Shown here: piece by piece, positions 10,261-18,485 of the stretch
Layout of the letters: each line of letters starts with the position of its first letter
Position numbering within the stretch: position 1 is the stretch's first letter
Assembly: GCA_965224025.1 (NCBI GenBank)
Contig: OZ245033.1
Coordinates: 1,888,001-1,952,000, forward strand
Direction: 5' to 3'
DNA length: 64,000 nt
Source of the DNA: Candidatus Multivorans sp.
GTDB lineage: Bacteria > Acidobacteriota > Thermoanaerobaculia > Multivoradales > Multivoraceae
Position numbers and translations under genes: made by a program
Notes under the pieces: model-generated
What the model saw: only the letters and a program-made list of their open reading frames with translations
Database searches by the model: none
What the model was told of the DNA's origin: nothing

Positions 10261-10360
10261 CCAGTGCGGCCGCGCGGCCGATCCGTCCAGGCGGCGTGGG
10301 TTTGGCCTCTCGTTCGCCGACCGGCGTTGAGGAGATCCTGGAGGTCCACGGTTCGGCAGT

Positions 10361-10975
10361 TCAGGTCGAATCGGCCGCCAGCGCCTTCTGGTACGCCGGC
10401 CTCGCCAGGCAGCGGTCCGCATAGGCCTCGAGGATCGGCGACTCCGGCAGCATTCCGAACATGCGCAGGAACACGGCACTGCTGCCGAGCATCACGTCGG
10501 CCGCGGAGAAGCGGTCGCCGAGGATCCACGGACCGTCCCCCAAGCCCTCTTCCCAGGCCTTGATCGTCTGGGCGAAGCTGCCCCAGCCGAGACGGCCCGG
10601 ATGGAACGCCTCATCCTGGTGTTCTGCCGGCACCACGGTTCTGAGACCCGACTCGAACATCGCCGGTTCGATCATGCCGGGCGCGAAGATCAGCCACTGC
10701 ACGAAGCGGGCCCGCATCGAATCGTCCAACTTCGGCGCCAGGCGTCCCGAGGCGTAGCGATCCGCCACGTACAGGCAGATCGACGCTGAGTCCCACATTT
10801 TCACGTCGCCGTCCTCAAGCGCGGGCACCTTGCCCATCGGGCTTGCGGCGAGGTGCTCCGGGCTGCGTTCCGGCTTCGTGACGTCGACGCGCACGAGTTC
10901 GTAGTCGACGCCGACTTCCTCGAGCATCCAGACCGCGCGGCTGGAACGGGTCTGAGGGAACCAGTAGAGCTTCAT
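10361..10975 (-). CDS. Glutathione S-transferase family protein
   Basis: MKLYWFPQTRSSR, SPMGKVP, DSASICLY, GDRFSAADV, ARPAYQKA. Confidence 0.93.
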   Translation of the reverse strand: MKLYWFPQTRSSRAVWMLEEVGVDYELVRVDVTKPERSPEHLAASPMGKVPALEDGDVKMWDSASICLYVADRYASGRLAPKLDDSMRARFVQWLIFAPGMIEPAMFESGLRTVVPAEHQDEAFHPGRLGWGSFAQTIKAWEEGLGDGPWILGDRFSAADVMLGSSAVFLRMFGMLPESPILEAYADRCLARPAYQKALAADST

Positions 10976-11598
10976 TCGTAGGCCTCCGAGTCCTGATGTT
11001 CCGTGCCCGCCGGAGCGCGGCCGATCTCCTTCATGCCGGCGTAGAAACCGCGCACGTCGAGTTGGAGCACAACAGGCGTGTCGTCGTCGTTGCGCCAGAA
11101 CCAGCCGTGGTTGCCGGAGTAGCCGGCGGTCAAACCGCCCCGGCCGCCCGTGATGTCGAACTCCTCCGCGTAGCGAACCGGCTCGTCGTCGAGATCGTTG
11201 AAGGGGTCGGCATGAAAGTCCGAGTACAGGGTGCCGCCGTCCGTCTGCCAGGAGTAGACGATGGTCATCCCTTCGATCATCTGCAGCTTGTACTCCATCT
11301 GCTCCTTGGCGCCGATCTCGATCGTCACCGTCCCGGCACGCAACTCCCGGTTTCCGGCCATGTGCGCGGAGAGGCCGGCTTCCGCTTCGGCCATCGGCTC
11401 GGTGCCGGCGGCGGCGTAGAGCCGGTCGAGGCCGAGCAGGCCGCCGATGCGGGTCGGGTCGATCCCGTACTCAGCGGGCAGGATGACGACCACGAACACC
11501 ACCGCGGCGGCGGCGAGCGTGATCGCCAGCGTCTTCAGCAGCCTGCGAAGGGGCGGCGTTCCGAGATCGCCGCCTGGAGCGGAAGAGGAATCCGTCAT
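10972..11598 (-). CDS. Membrane-anchored hypothetical protein of HupE/UreJ operons
   Basis: True start MTDSSSAP overlaps the HupE/UreJ stop (ATGA); single TM then LPAEYGIDPT, EYK, YSW, DFH and GNHGWFWRN motifs. Confidence 0.75.
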   Translation of the reverse strand: MTDSSSAPGGDLGTPPLRRLLKTLAITLAAAAVVFVVVILPAEYGIDPTRIGGLLGLDRLYAAAGTEPMAEAEAGLSAHMAGNRELRAGTVTIEIGAKEQMEYKLQMIEGMTIVYSWQTDGGTLYSDFHADPFNDLDDEPVRYAEEFDITGGRGGLTAGYSGNHGWFWRNDDDTPVVLQLDVRGFYAGMKEIGRAPAGTEHQDSEAYE

Positions 11599-12287
11599 GA
11601 CAAGAAGTACCCCGTCAACTGGTAGGCCACGAGCAGGAAGCCGACCGTCATCAGCACCGCGTTCGCCGCGTAGCCGTGAGACTGAAAGCGGCCGCTGACC
11701 CGCCACAGGTTGAAGCTCAGCAGGATGATGGCGAGGGCGGCGAACTGCCCCAGTTCGACGCCGACGTTGAACGAGACGATGTTGCCCACGAGGCCGCTGG
11801 CCGAGATCTCCACCGGTTGCAACTTGGTCGCCAGGCCAAAGCCGTGGAACAGCCCGAACACCAGCACGGCTGCTTTGGTGTCGATCCGCACCCGAAGCGC
11901 CCGGAACCCTCCCAGGTTCTCGAACGCCTTGTAGGCGACCGACAAGCCGACCACGGCGTCGATGAGAAACGGGTTCGCGTGGATGCCGCCCAGCACGCCC
12001 ACCAGGAGGGTGATGCTGTGGCCGACCGCGAACAGGGTGACGTAGAGGGCTACGTCGCGGAACCGGTAGAGGAAGAAGATGACCCCTGCGAGAAACGCCA
12101 GGTGGTCGTACCCCGTGACCATGTGCTTGGCGCCCAGGTACATGTACGGGCCAACCGCGAGACCCTCGTTGTTGGTCAGGAAGATCTCGTCCTGGTCGGC
12201 GACGCCGTGCGCCCAGAGGCCGGAGGCGAGAAACAGGGCGGCAGCGGCCAGTAGAGCGGCCCGGGTCATGGTCCGGCGAAGGGTCAT
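11595..12287 (-). CDS. HupE/UreJ family metal-transport membrane protein
   Basis: Signal peptide ending AHG; LGAKHMVTGYDHLAFL, FAVGHSIT, FGLFHGFG, FNVGVELGQ motifs. Start uncertain (12269-12353). Confidence 0.88.
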   Translation of the reverse strand: MTLRRTMTRAALLAAAALFLASGLWAHGVADQDEIFLTNNEGLAVGPYMYLGAKHMVTGYDHLAFLAGVIFFLYRFRDVALYVTLFAVGHSITLLVGVLGGIHANPFLIDAVVGLSVAYKAFENLGGFRALRVRIDTKAAVLVFGLFHGFGLATKLQPVEISASGLVGNIVSFNVGVELGQFAALAIILLSFNLWRVSGRFQSHGYAANAVLMTVGFLLVAYQLTGYFLS

Positions 12288-12379
12288 GCGAGCCGCGGAT
12301 CGTACCAGTCCAGCCGCCGCCCCGGCCAAGCCCATACGATCCGTCGCGCTCACAGGTAAGCGAAGAGGACAAGCAGATG

Positions 12380-14707
12380 TCAGAGTCGCAACCGCAGCGA
12401 GGCCCGGAACGCACGCGGCTCGGCAGGGCTCAGGAAGCGCGGATTCTCGAATCCCTCGCCAAGCACATCATCCGGTTCGCCGAGCGCCCCGAAGGTCTCG
12501 TACTCACGGTCCGTGACGTTCGAAACTTCGAGGTCCAGGTCCAATGAAGGCGTGAGCTCGATCCGGCTCCACAGGTCGCCGCGCCAGGCCGACCCCAGCG
12601 GTTCCAGCAGGTTCGCCTCGTCGCCGCGCAGGTAACGGCCGGAGTCACCCAGCACGCGGGCGCCGAGCACCACCCGATCCGCGATCCGCACGTCGGCGCC
12701 GGCCCGGAACTGGCGCCTCGGCACGCCGGGTAGGAAATCGCCGGGTTCGACTTCGATCTCACCCTCCGCCGCCATCGGATGAGCCGGACTCGACAGGGCT
12801 AGGCGATCCTCGAAGGTCGCATCCAGCAGCGTGTACGAGGTATCCCAGTGCACCGAGCCGCTCCGACCGCGAATCCATAGTTCCAGCCCCTGCCGGCGGG
12901 TCGCGTCGACGTTGGTGAAGTATCCGGCGCTGGTCCCGGCGCCGCTGGACACGAAGATGATGTCGTCGCCACTGTCGCTGTGGAAGAGAGCCGCGCTCCA
13001 GCGCATGGCCGCGCTCCTGCCGCGCAGGCCGATCTCGGCGCTGGTGGTCACCACCTGGTCGAGCGGCGGATCGGCGACGAAGGCGTTGGGCAGCCGGCAG
13101 GGATCGTCCGGGTCCGCACAGGTCAGCTCCACCGGCGTCGGCACCCGGGCCGACTGCGAGACGTTGGCGAACAGCAGGACGGTCGACCCCTCCCGCGCGC
13201 TCGCCTCCCAGACGAAACCGGCCGAAGGCAGGAGACGGGAGTAGGCGTGATCGCCGTCAAGCGCCGTCCCCAGACGGTCGTCCAGTTCGACCGAGCTGTC
13301 GTTGTAGCGGGCCTGCAGAGTCCAGGTCAGCCGGTCTCCAGATGTCGTCCAGTGCCGCATCGCCCAGACGCCGTAGTGCCCTGTCTCCGCGCGCAGGCCA
13401 ACTGCGGAACCCGGGAGCAGCATGCCACTGCCGACGGTGGTCCTGGTCGGGGTCAGTTCGGCGAGTTCGGTGTCGAAGGCGAAGTCCGCCTGGCCGCCGT
13501 CCCACGACGCGCCGGCGAGCCAACGGCCCGAGGCTGTCAGGCCGGAGAGTTGGACCGAGCCGCCCCAGCCCTCCTGCTCGGTTCGGCTCCTGTTGTTCAC
13601 GGCGTTGAACTCGTCAAAGGCGAGGCCGTTCATGCGGTCGTCGCCATCCTCGTCGTCACCGTCGTCGTCATCGTCGGCCTCGAAGGCGTCCGCGTTGTAG
13701 GTGTCGACATCGTTTGCCCGCAGATAGACGGACGCCTCGAGCTCCAGGTTCGGCCCGAACTGGCGCCCGATCCGCAACCGCGGGAAGAACAGGTCGTTCC
13801 GGGTGCGGTCGGGGTGGGTGAAGACCTCGCTGCGGTCGAGTTCCAGCAGCTCCACGGGCGTCGCGCCGTTGCCGATCAGTTCGTTGTCCGCGACGCCCAC
13901 GGTCAACGAGAGATGGCCGCGCTCGCCGCGCTGCGAGAGCTTCGCCAACACCTGGCGAAGCGAACTGGGCGAGAAGTCGCGCCAGCCATCCTCCTCGTAC
14001 GAGCGCGCCGCCACGAACCAACCGAGACCGTCCTCCGAGCCGAAAACGCCGCCCGCACTCACCTCCCCCGATTGGCGGCCGAACGATCCGGCTTCGAGCG
14101 TCGCGTTCAGCCGCTCCGAATCGAAGCCGCTCCGCGTGTTCAGGGCGATCGCCCCGCCGAGAGTGTTCAGACCGAACATCGGGTTCGCGCCGGGAAGCAG
14201 CTCGATCCGCTCCGCCGCAAACATCGGCACCAGATCCCAGGCCACGATGTCGCCGAAGACCTCGTTGACGCGCACACCGTCCTCGTACAGCGACAGCCCC
14301 TGATTGGCGCCCAGGAGCGGCGACGCGCCAAAGCCGCGGTAGAGCACATCGGCCTGGAGGGAACTGCCCTGAGCCGCCGACAGGTGAACGCCCGGCAGCT
14401 CGGCTTCGAGCAGGACGCCGGCGCCACCGGCCACTCCTCGCTCCAGGGCTTCTGAAGAAACGCGATGGACCGTCCAGGGCACGCGGTCCGACGACTCGCC
14501 CAGATGATCCAGCGGAGCAAGGCCGATGACGTCGATCTCCTCCGAGAATGCCCCTCCTGCGCGCGAGTTGTCCTCCTCGCCGCGGGCATGGTCGTGTTCA
14601 CCGTCGCGCGGCTGCTCCTGCGCGGACAGATGAGCGCTCCCCGCCCAACACAGGAAGCCGGCCAAACCCAGGGGCAGAAGCCGGCGCCGGGACCAGGATT
14701 CACTCAT
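12380..14707 (-). CDS. TonB-dependent receptor
   Basis: Signal peptide, EEIDVIG TonB-box-like segment, plug motif ERIELLPGANPMFGLNTLGGAI, beta-barrel periodicity, NVTDREY...PRAF C-terminus. Confidence 0.92.
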   Translation of the reverse strand: MSESWSRRRLLPLGLAGFLCWAGSAHLSAQEQPRDGEHDHARGEEDNSRAGGAFSEEIDVIGLAPLDHLGESSDRVPWTVHRVSSEALERGVAGGAGVLLEAELPGVHLSAAQGSSLQADVLYRGFGASPLLGANQGLSLYEDGVRVNEVFGDIVAWDLVPMFAAERIELLPGANPMFGLNTLGGAIALNTRSGFDSERLNATLEAGSFGRQSGEVSAGGVFGSEDGLGWFVAARSYEEDGWRDFSPSSLRQVLAKLSQRGERGHLSLTVGVADNELIGNGATPVELLELDRSEVFTHPDRTRNDLFFPRLRIGRQFGPNLELEASVYLRANDVDTYNADAFEADDDDDGDDEDGDDRMNGLAFDEFNAVNNRSRTEQEGWGGSVQLSGLTASGRWLAGASWDGGQADFAFDTELAELTPTRTTVGSGMLLPGSAVGLRAETGHYGVWAMRHWTTSGDRLTWTLQARYNDSSVELDDRLGTALDGDHAYSRLLPSAGFVWEASAREGSTVLLFANVSQSARVPTPVELTCADPDDPCRLPNAFVADPPLDQVVTTSAEIGLRGRSAAMRWSAALFHSDSGDDIIFVSSGAGTSAGYFTNVDATRRQGLELWIRGRSGSVHWDTSYTLLDATFEDRLALSSPAHPMAAEGEIEVEPGDFLPGVPRRQFRAGADVRIADRVVLGARVLGDSGRYLRGDEANLLEPLGSAWRGDLWSRIELTPSLDLDLEVSNVTDREYETFGALGEPDDVLGEGFENPRFLSPAEPRAFRASLRLRL

Positions 14708-14947
14708 TTCGGCGGCAATACTCCATTCCAAGGTTCGCCGTGTCCACAGATTGTCAACGCTAGCCCGGGAAGGCCGCGCAGACTCGTGGTTACACTTCAA
14801 GCCAGGCGCGCAGGGAGCCGATGGAGCGTTCAAGACGAAACCGAAGCCGCGGCGGAAACACCGCGCCGAGTCCCGCCGGCGGCACGATCCAGGTGCCCGC
14901 GGGCGGTGTGAACACGGCGTTCACGTGGCCCGACGGACATCGGCGCC

Positions 14948-15178
14948 ATGCTGTTCGGCGTCGACTGCGCGCCGCGCGCCGCGGAACTCACGATGCCGGT
15001 ACTGATGATCGTCGGCTCCGAAGACCCGCTGTTCCGGCCGCGGTCGATCCGCACGATCGCCAACCTGCTGCCGGACGTCCGCGTCGTCGAAATCCCCGGC
15101 GCCGGCCACTCGCCGTACTTCTACCAACCTGAGCAGTGGAACCGGGTTGTTCTGGAGTTCCTGCGCGAGCAGGACTAG
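14948..15178 (+). pseudogene. C-terminal fragment of an alpha/beta hydrolase
   Basis: PVLMIVGSEDP...IPGAGHSPY...WNRVVLEFL carries only the catalytic Asp and His; no GxSxG-containing N-terminal half is visible upstream. Confidence 0.7.
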
Positions 15179-16032
15179 CGCCAGCGGCGGTGGCCCCAGA
15201 GATACTGGTCCGGGTCCCGGCGGATCGCCTCTTCGAGGTGCGTGTTCAGCGTGACGAGGATCGCCTCCACGTCGGCCTTCCGGTTTCCCGTCCGCTCCTG
15301 CTCGATCAGCGGCGACAAGGTGAGTTCGAAGGTCATCGGCGCCGCCCGCCGGCAGGTCGCGAAACACAGCGGCGCCCGGGTCACCAGATGCAGCATCGCG
15401 GCGGTCGTGTGGGTCTTCGCCGGATGACCGAAGAACGGGACGTCGACGCCCCGGCGCGCGTGCTGATCGACGAGCAGCGCCAGGATCTCGCCGTCGCCGA
15501 GGAGCCTGATGAACCGCCCCGGATCCGGGTCGTATGTGGGGATCATCCGGAACTCGCGCCGCGGCCGCCGGCTCAGCGCTAGCTCCTGCACGCGGGGGTT
15601 GTTCATCGGCCGCGAGATGCCCGCGACCGGCTTGTAGCGGGACAGCCACTGGCCGGCGAGCTCCCAGTTGCCGAAATGACCGGAGACGATGATCAGGCCG
15701 CGATCGGGATCGTCCAGCACCGCTTGCACGTCGTCCGGTATCCGGGCTCGAACGCGGTCCGGGTCGTCGAGGACCAGCGCCGACTTCATCGACTCCACCA
15801 GCACCATCCCCATGTGGCGTGCGGAGGCGCGGCCCATGGCCCGCGCCTCCGCCGGGTCGGCGGCCACGCCGGCACGCAGAATGTTGGAGATCGCCACGCG
15901 GCGCCGCGGCCGGTCGGCGGTCCACCACAGAACGCCCAACCAACCGCCCCAGCGAGACGCGGCAGCCGGCGGCAGCAGATCGACGCCGAACAGCGCCAGC
16001 CGAGCCGCCCAGTATTCGAGAAGGTGAAGCAC
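15175..16032 (-). CDS. Lipid A-type (LpxL/HtrB-like) lysophospholipid acyltransferase
   Basis: SGHFGNWE (H-x4-E), LLVDQ, VPFFG, PDQYLWGHRRW motifs. Confidence 0.9.
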   Translation of the reverse strand: MLHLLEYWAARLALFGVDLLPPAAASRWGGWLGVLWWTADRPRRRVAISNILRAGVAADPAEARAMGRASARHMGMVLVESMKSALVLDDPDRVRARIPDDVQAVLDDPDRGLIIVSGHFGNWELAGQWLSRYKPVAGISRPMNNPRVQELALSRRPRREFRMIPTYDPDPGRFIRLLGDGEILALLVDQHARRGVDVPFFGHPAKTHTTAAMLHLVTRAPLCFATCRRAAPMTFELTLSPLIEQERTGNRKADVEAILVTLNTHLEEAIRRDPDQYLWGHRRWR

Positions 16033-16075
16033 CCGGGCCCCTGGAGAAACGGAGCGCCTTCGGCGGCGACCGCGG

Positions 16076-16330
16076 TCAAGCTCCGTTCTGTTGCAGCAGG
16101 GCGATGATCTCGCCGACGGTACGCGTCTTGACGACCTGCTTCGGATCGAGGGCGATCCCGAACTCCTCCTCCACGTCGTAGAGCACGTCGAGGATGGTCA
16201 GGGAATCGAAGCCCAGAGACTCGATCGTGGTTTCCGGAGCCACGGCGTCCCAGTCCCGCTCCTCGACGGCGCTGTCGCGCAGCACGTCCCGCAGCCGGTC
16301 GAGGATCTCCACCGTGCCGTCGCCGTCCAT
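16076..16330 (-). CDS. Acyl carrier protein
   Basis: 84 aa, acidic; LGFDSL phosphopantetheine site; VEEEFGI and TVGEI motifs. Confidence 0.92.
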   Translation of the reverse strand: MDGDGTVEILDRLRDVLRDSAVEERDWDAVAPETTIESLGFDSLTILDVLYDVEEEFGIALDPKQVVKTRTVGEIIALLQQNGA

Positions 16331-16398
16331 TGGGCGGGAAGGTTATCGCCGATCCACCGGCAGCGGTCCCACTGGGTGCACCGGCGCCCTCGCCGGCT

Positions 16399-16441
16399 GC
16401 CGCCGAAGGCGGCCAGGTGACGCGCCGGTCGCAAGACCGGC
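16399..16441. repeat. Intergenic pair of GC-rich hairpins (REP-like or mRNA-stability element)
   Basis: GCCGCC-GAA-GGCGGC and GCCGGTC-GCAA-GACCGGC between fabF and acp. Confidence 0.5.
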
Positions 16442-16450
16442 ACCCTGTCG

Positions 16451-17686
16451 CTACTCTCCCGGACCCAGCACCAGCACGCCGTTGCTGCCGCCGAAGCCGA
16501 AGCTGTTCTTCATCACCAGGGGACGTTCGAGGGACTCGGTTTCACGCCCGACGAGGCGAACCCGGCACTCCGGGTCCGGGTTCTCCAGGTTCAGGTTCGG
16601 CGGCAACACGCCGCGTTCGATGCCGAGCAGCGCCGCGATCGCCTCGATCGCCCCGGACGCACCGAGGGTGTGGCCGAAGTAGGACTTGTTCGCCGAGACC
16701 GCGACCCGGTCCGCCGCGTCGCCAAGCACGGCGCGGATCGACTCGCTCTCGCAGAGGTCGTTGGCGCGGGTGGCGGTGCCGTGGGCGTTGACCGAGCCGA
16801 GGTCGGAGGGTTCGATCCCGGCCGATTCGAGAGCCGCGCGCATCGCGACCGCCTGACCCTCGGCGCTCGGGCTGGTCAGGTGGCTGGCGTCCGAGGACTC
16901 GCCGTAGCCGACGATCTCGCCGCGGACCCGCGCACCACGGCGGCGGGCGTGGTCCCACGACTCGACGACCAGCATGCCGGCGCCCTCGCCGAACACGCAG
17001 CCGTCACGGTCGGCGTCGAACGGGCGGCAGGCCTGAGCCGGGTCAGGGTTCTCCGACATCACGCCCAGGTTGTTCCAGACCCCGAAGTAGAACGGGTCGA
17101 AGAAACCGTCCGCGCCACCGCTGAGCACCGTGTCGGCGTAGCCGTCGCGGACCATGCGGTAGGCCATGCCGATCGCGTTCGTCGCCGACGTGCACGCCGA
17201 GACGACGACGTAGTTGATGCCAGTCAGCTTGAAGTGAATCGAGACCCCGGCCGAGATCGAGTTGTACATGCACCGCGGCACCGTCGACGGCCGCAGGCCC
17301 CGAACGCCGCGCTCATGGAACCGCTGCTGGCCGGTGGTGTGGCTCTCGGCCGAGCCGGCGCCGGTGCCCAGGATGACGGCCACCGGCTGCGGCTCGTAAG
17401 GCGGCGCTTCGTTGATCAGGCCCGCCTCCTCAAGCGCTTCCGCCGCGGCGACGAGCCCGAGGTCGACGGCCCGGTCGGTGGGTCGCCGGCGCAGGCGCTT
17501 CAGACCGGCGCGCACGGCATCCGTATCGACCTCCGCGCCGATGCCGACCTTGAGCGCCGACGTATCGAGCGACTGGAGCTTGCCTACGCCTCCCCGGCCG
17601 GCGACCAGGTTGTCCCAGAAGGACTCGACATCCGTGCCGACGGCGCAGGCGACGCCGAGTCCGGTAACGGCCACTCGCCTAGCCAT
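16451..17686 (-). CDS. fabF: Beta-ketoacyl-ACP synthase II family
   Basis: VAVTGLG, SACTS (catalytic Cys), NAHGTAT, KSYFGHTLGA, NSFGFGG. Confidence 0.93.
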   Translation of the reverse strand: MARRVAVTGLGVACAVGTDVESFWDNLVAGRGGVGKLQSLDTSALKVGIGAEVDTDAVRAGLKRLRRRPTDRAVDLGLVAAAEALEEAGLINEAPPYEPQPVAVILGTGAGSAESHTTGQQRFHERGVRGLRPSTVPRCMYNSISAGVSIHFKLTGINYVVVSACTSATNAIGMAYRMVRDGYADTVLSGGADGFFDPFYFGVWNNLGVMSENPDPAQACRPFDADRDGCVFGEGAGMLVVESWDHARRRGARVRGEIVGYGESSDASHLTSPSAEGQAVAMRAALESAGIEPSDLGSVNAHGTATRANDLCESESIRAVLGDAADRVAVSANKSYFGHTLGASGAIEAIAALLGIERGVLPPNLNLENPDPECRVRLVGRETESLERPLVMKNSFGFGGSNGVLVLGPGE

Positions 17687-18422
17687 ACATGGACAACCCG
17701 CCGTTGACGTGGAGCACCTGCCCGGTCACGTACGAAGACTCCGACGACAGCAGGAACATGACCACAGCGGCGACTTCCGCCGGCGTTCCCAGGCGTCCGA
17801 GCGGCACGCGCAGTCTTTGCCGCTGGTCGTCGGACAGCTCGACCGTCATGTCGGTTTCGATGAAGCCCGGCGACACCGCATTGCAGCGGACCCCGAAGCG
17901 GGCCGCCTCGAGGGCGAGACTGCGGGTGAGGCTGACCAGGCCGGCCTTGGAGGCCGCGTAGTCGGCGCCCATCCAGCCCCCCGGGCCGTGTGCCGCGAGC
18001 GACGCCATGTTCACGATGCTGCCGCTCTTCGCCTTGCGCATCACGCGGTAGGCAGCGCGCGCGGCGGCGAACGAGGCTTCGAGGTTCACGCGCTGGGTCG
18101 CGCGCCAGGAGTCGAGGTCGAGGCCTCGAAACGCGACGGCGCGGCCGCCGCCGGCGTTGTTCACCAGACCGTCGATGCGGCCGCAACGATCGACGACCTG
18201 CTCCACCAGCGCCGCCGCGTTCTCGGGCTCGTCGAGATCGGCGGCCAGCGGGAAGGCGGCGTCACTACCGAGTTCGCGGCACACCGCCTCCACCTGGGCC
18301 GGGTCCCGCCCGTGTACAGCCACCGTCGCTCCCAGTTCGGCAGCGGCCTCGGCCGTCGCCCGGCCGATACCGCGAGTCGAACCGGTGACCAGGACCACTT
18401 GGCCGGAGAGTGAGGCAGTCAT
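17679..18422 (-). CDS. fabG: 3-oxoacyl-ACP reductase (SDR)
   Basis: Start trimmed to MTASLSGQ; TGSTRGIG, NNAG, YAASK, PGFIETDM, GQVLHVNGG. Confidence 0.88.
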   Translation of the reverse strand: MTASLSGQVVLVTGSTRGIGRATAEAAAELGATVAVHGRDPAQVEAVCRELGSDAAFPLAADLDEPENAAALVEQVVDRCGRIDGLVNNAGGGRAVAFRGLDLDSWRATQRVNLEASFAAARAAYRVMRKAKSGSIVNMASLAAHGPGGWMGADYAASKAGLVSLTRSLALEAARFGVRCNAVSPGFIETDMTVELSDDQRQRLRVPLGRLGTPAEVAAVVMFLLSSESSYVTGQVLHVNGGLSMYG

Positions 18423-18485
18423 CGTGCGAACCGGGCGCAATGGTAGCGCCGTGCGGCGATCGCGCGGTGCGCGTACGATTCCAGC

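Noticed and set aside
14708-14947. Possible riboswitch upstream of the TonB receptor
   Set aside because: GC-rich stems are present, but I could not identify cobalamin, TPP or NiCo consensus elements; an Rfam/Infernal scan would settle it.
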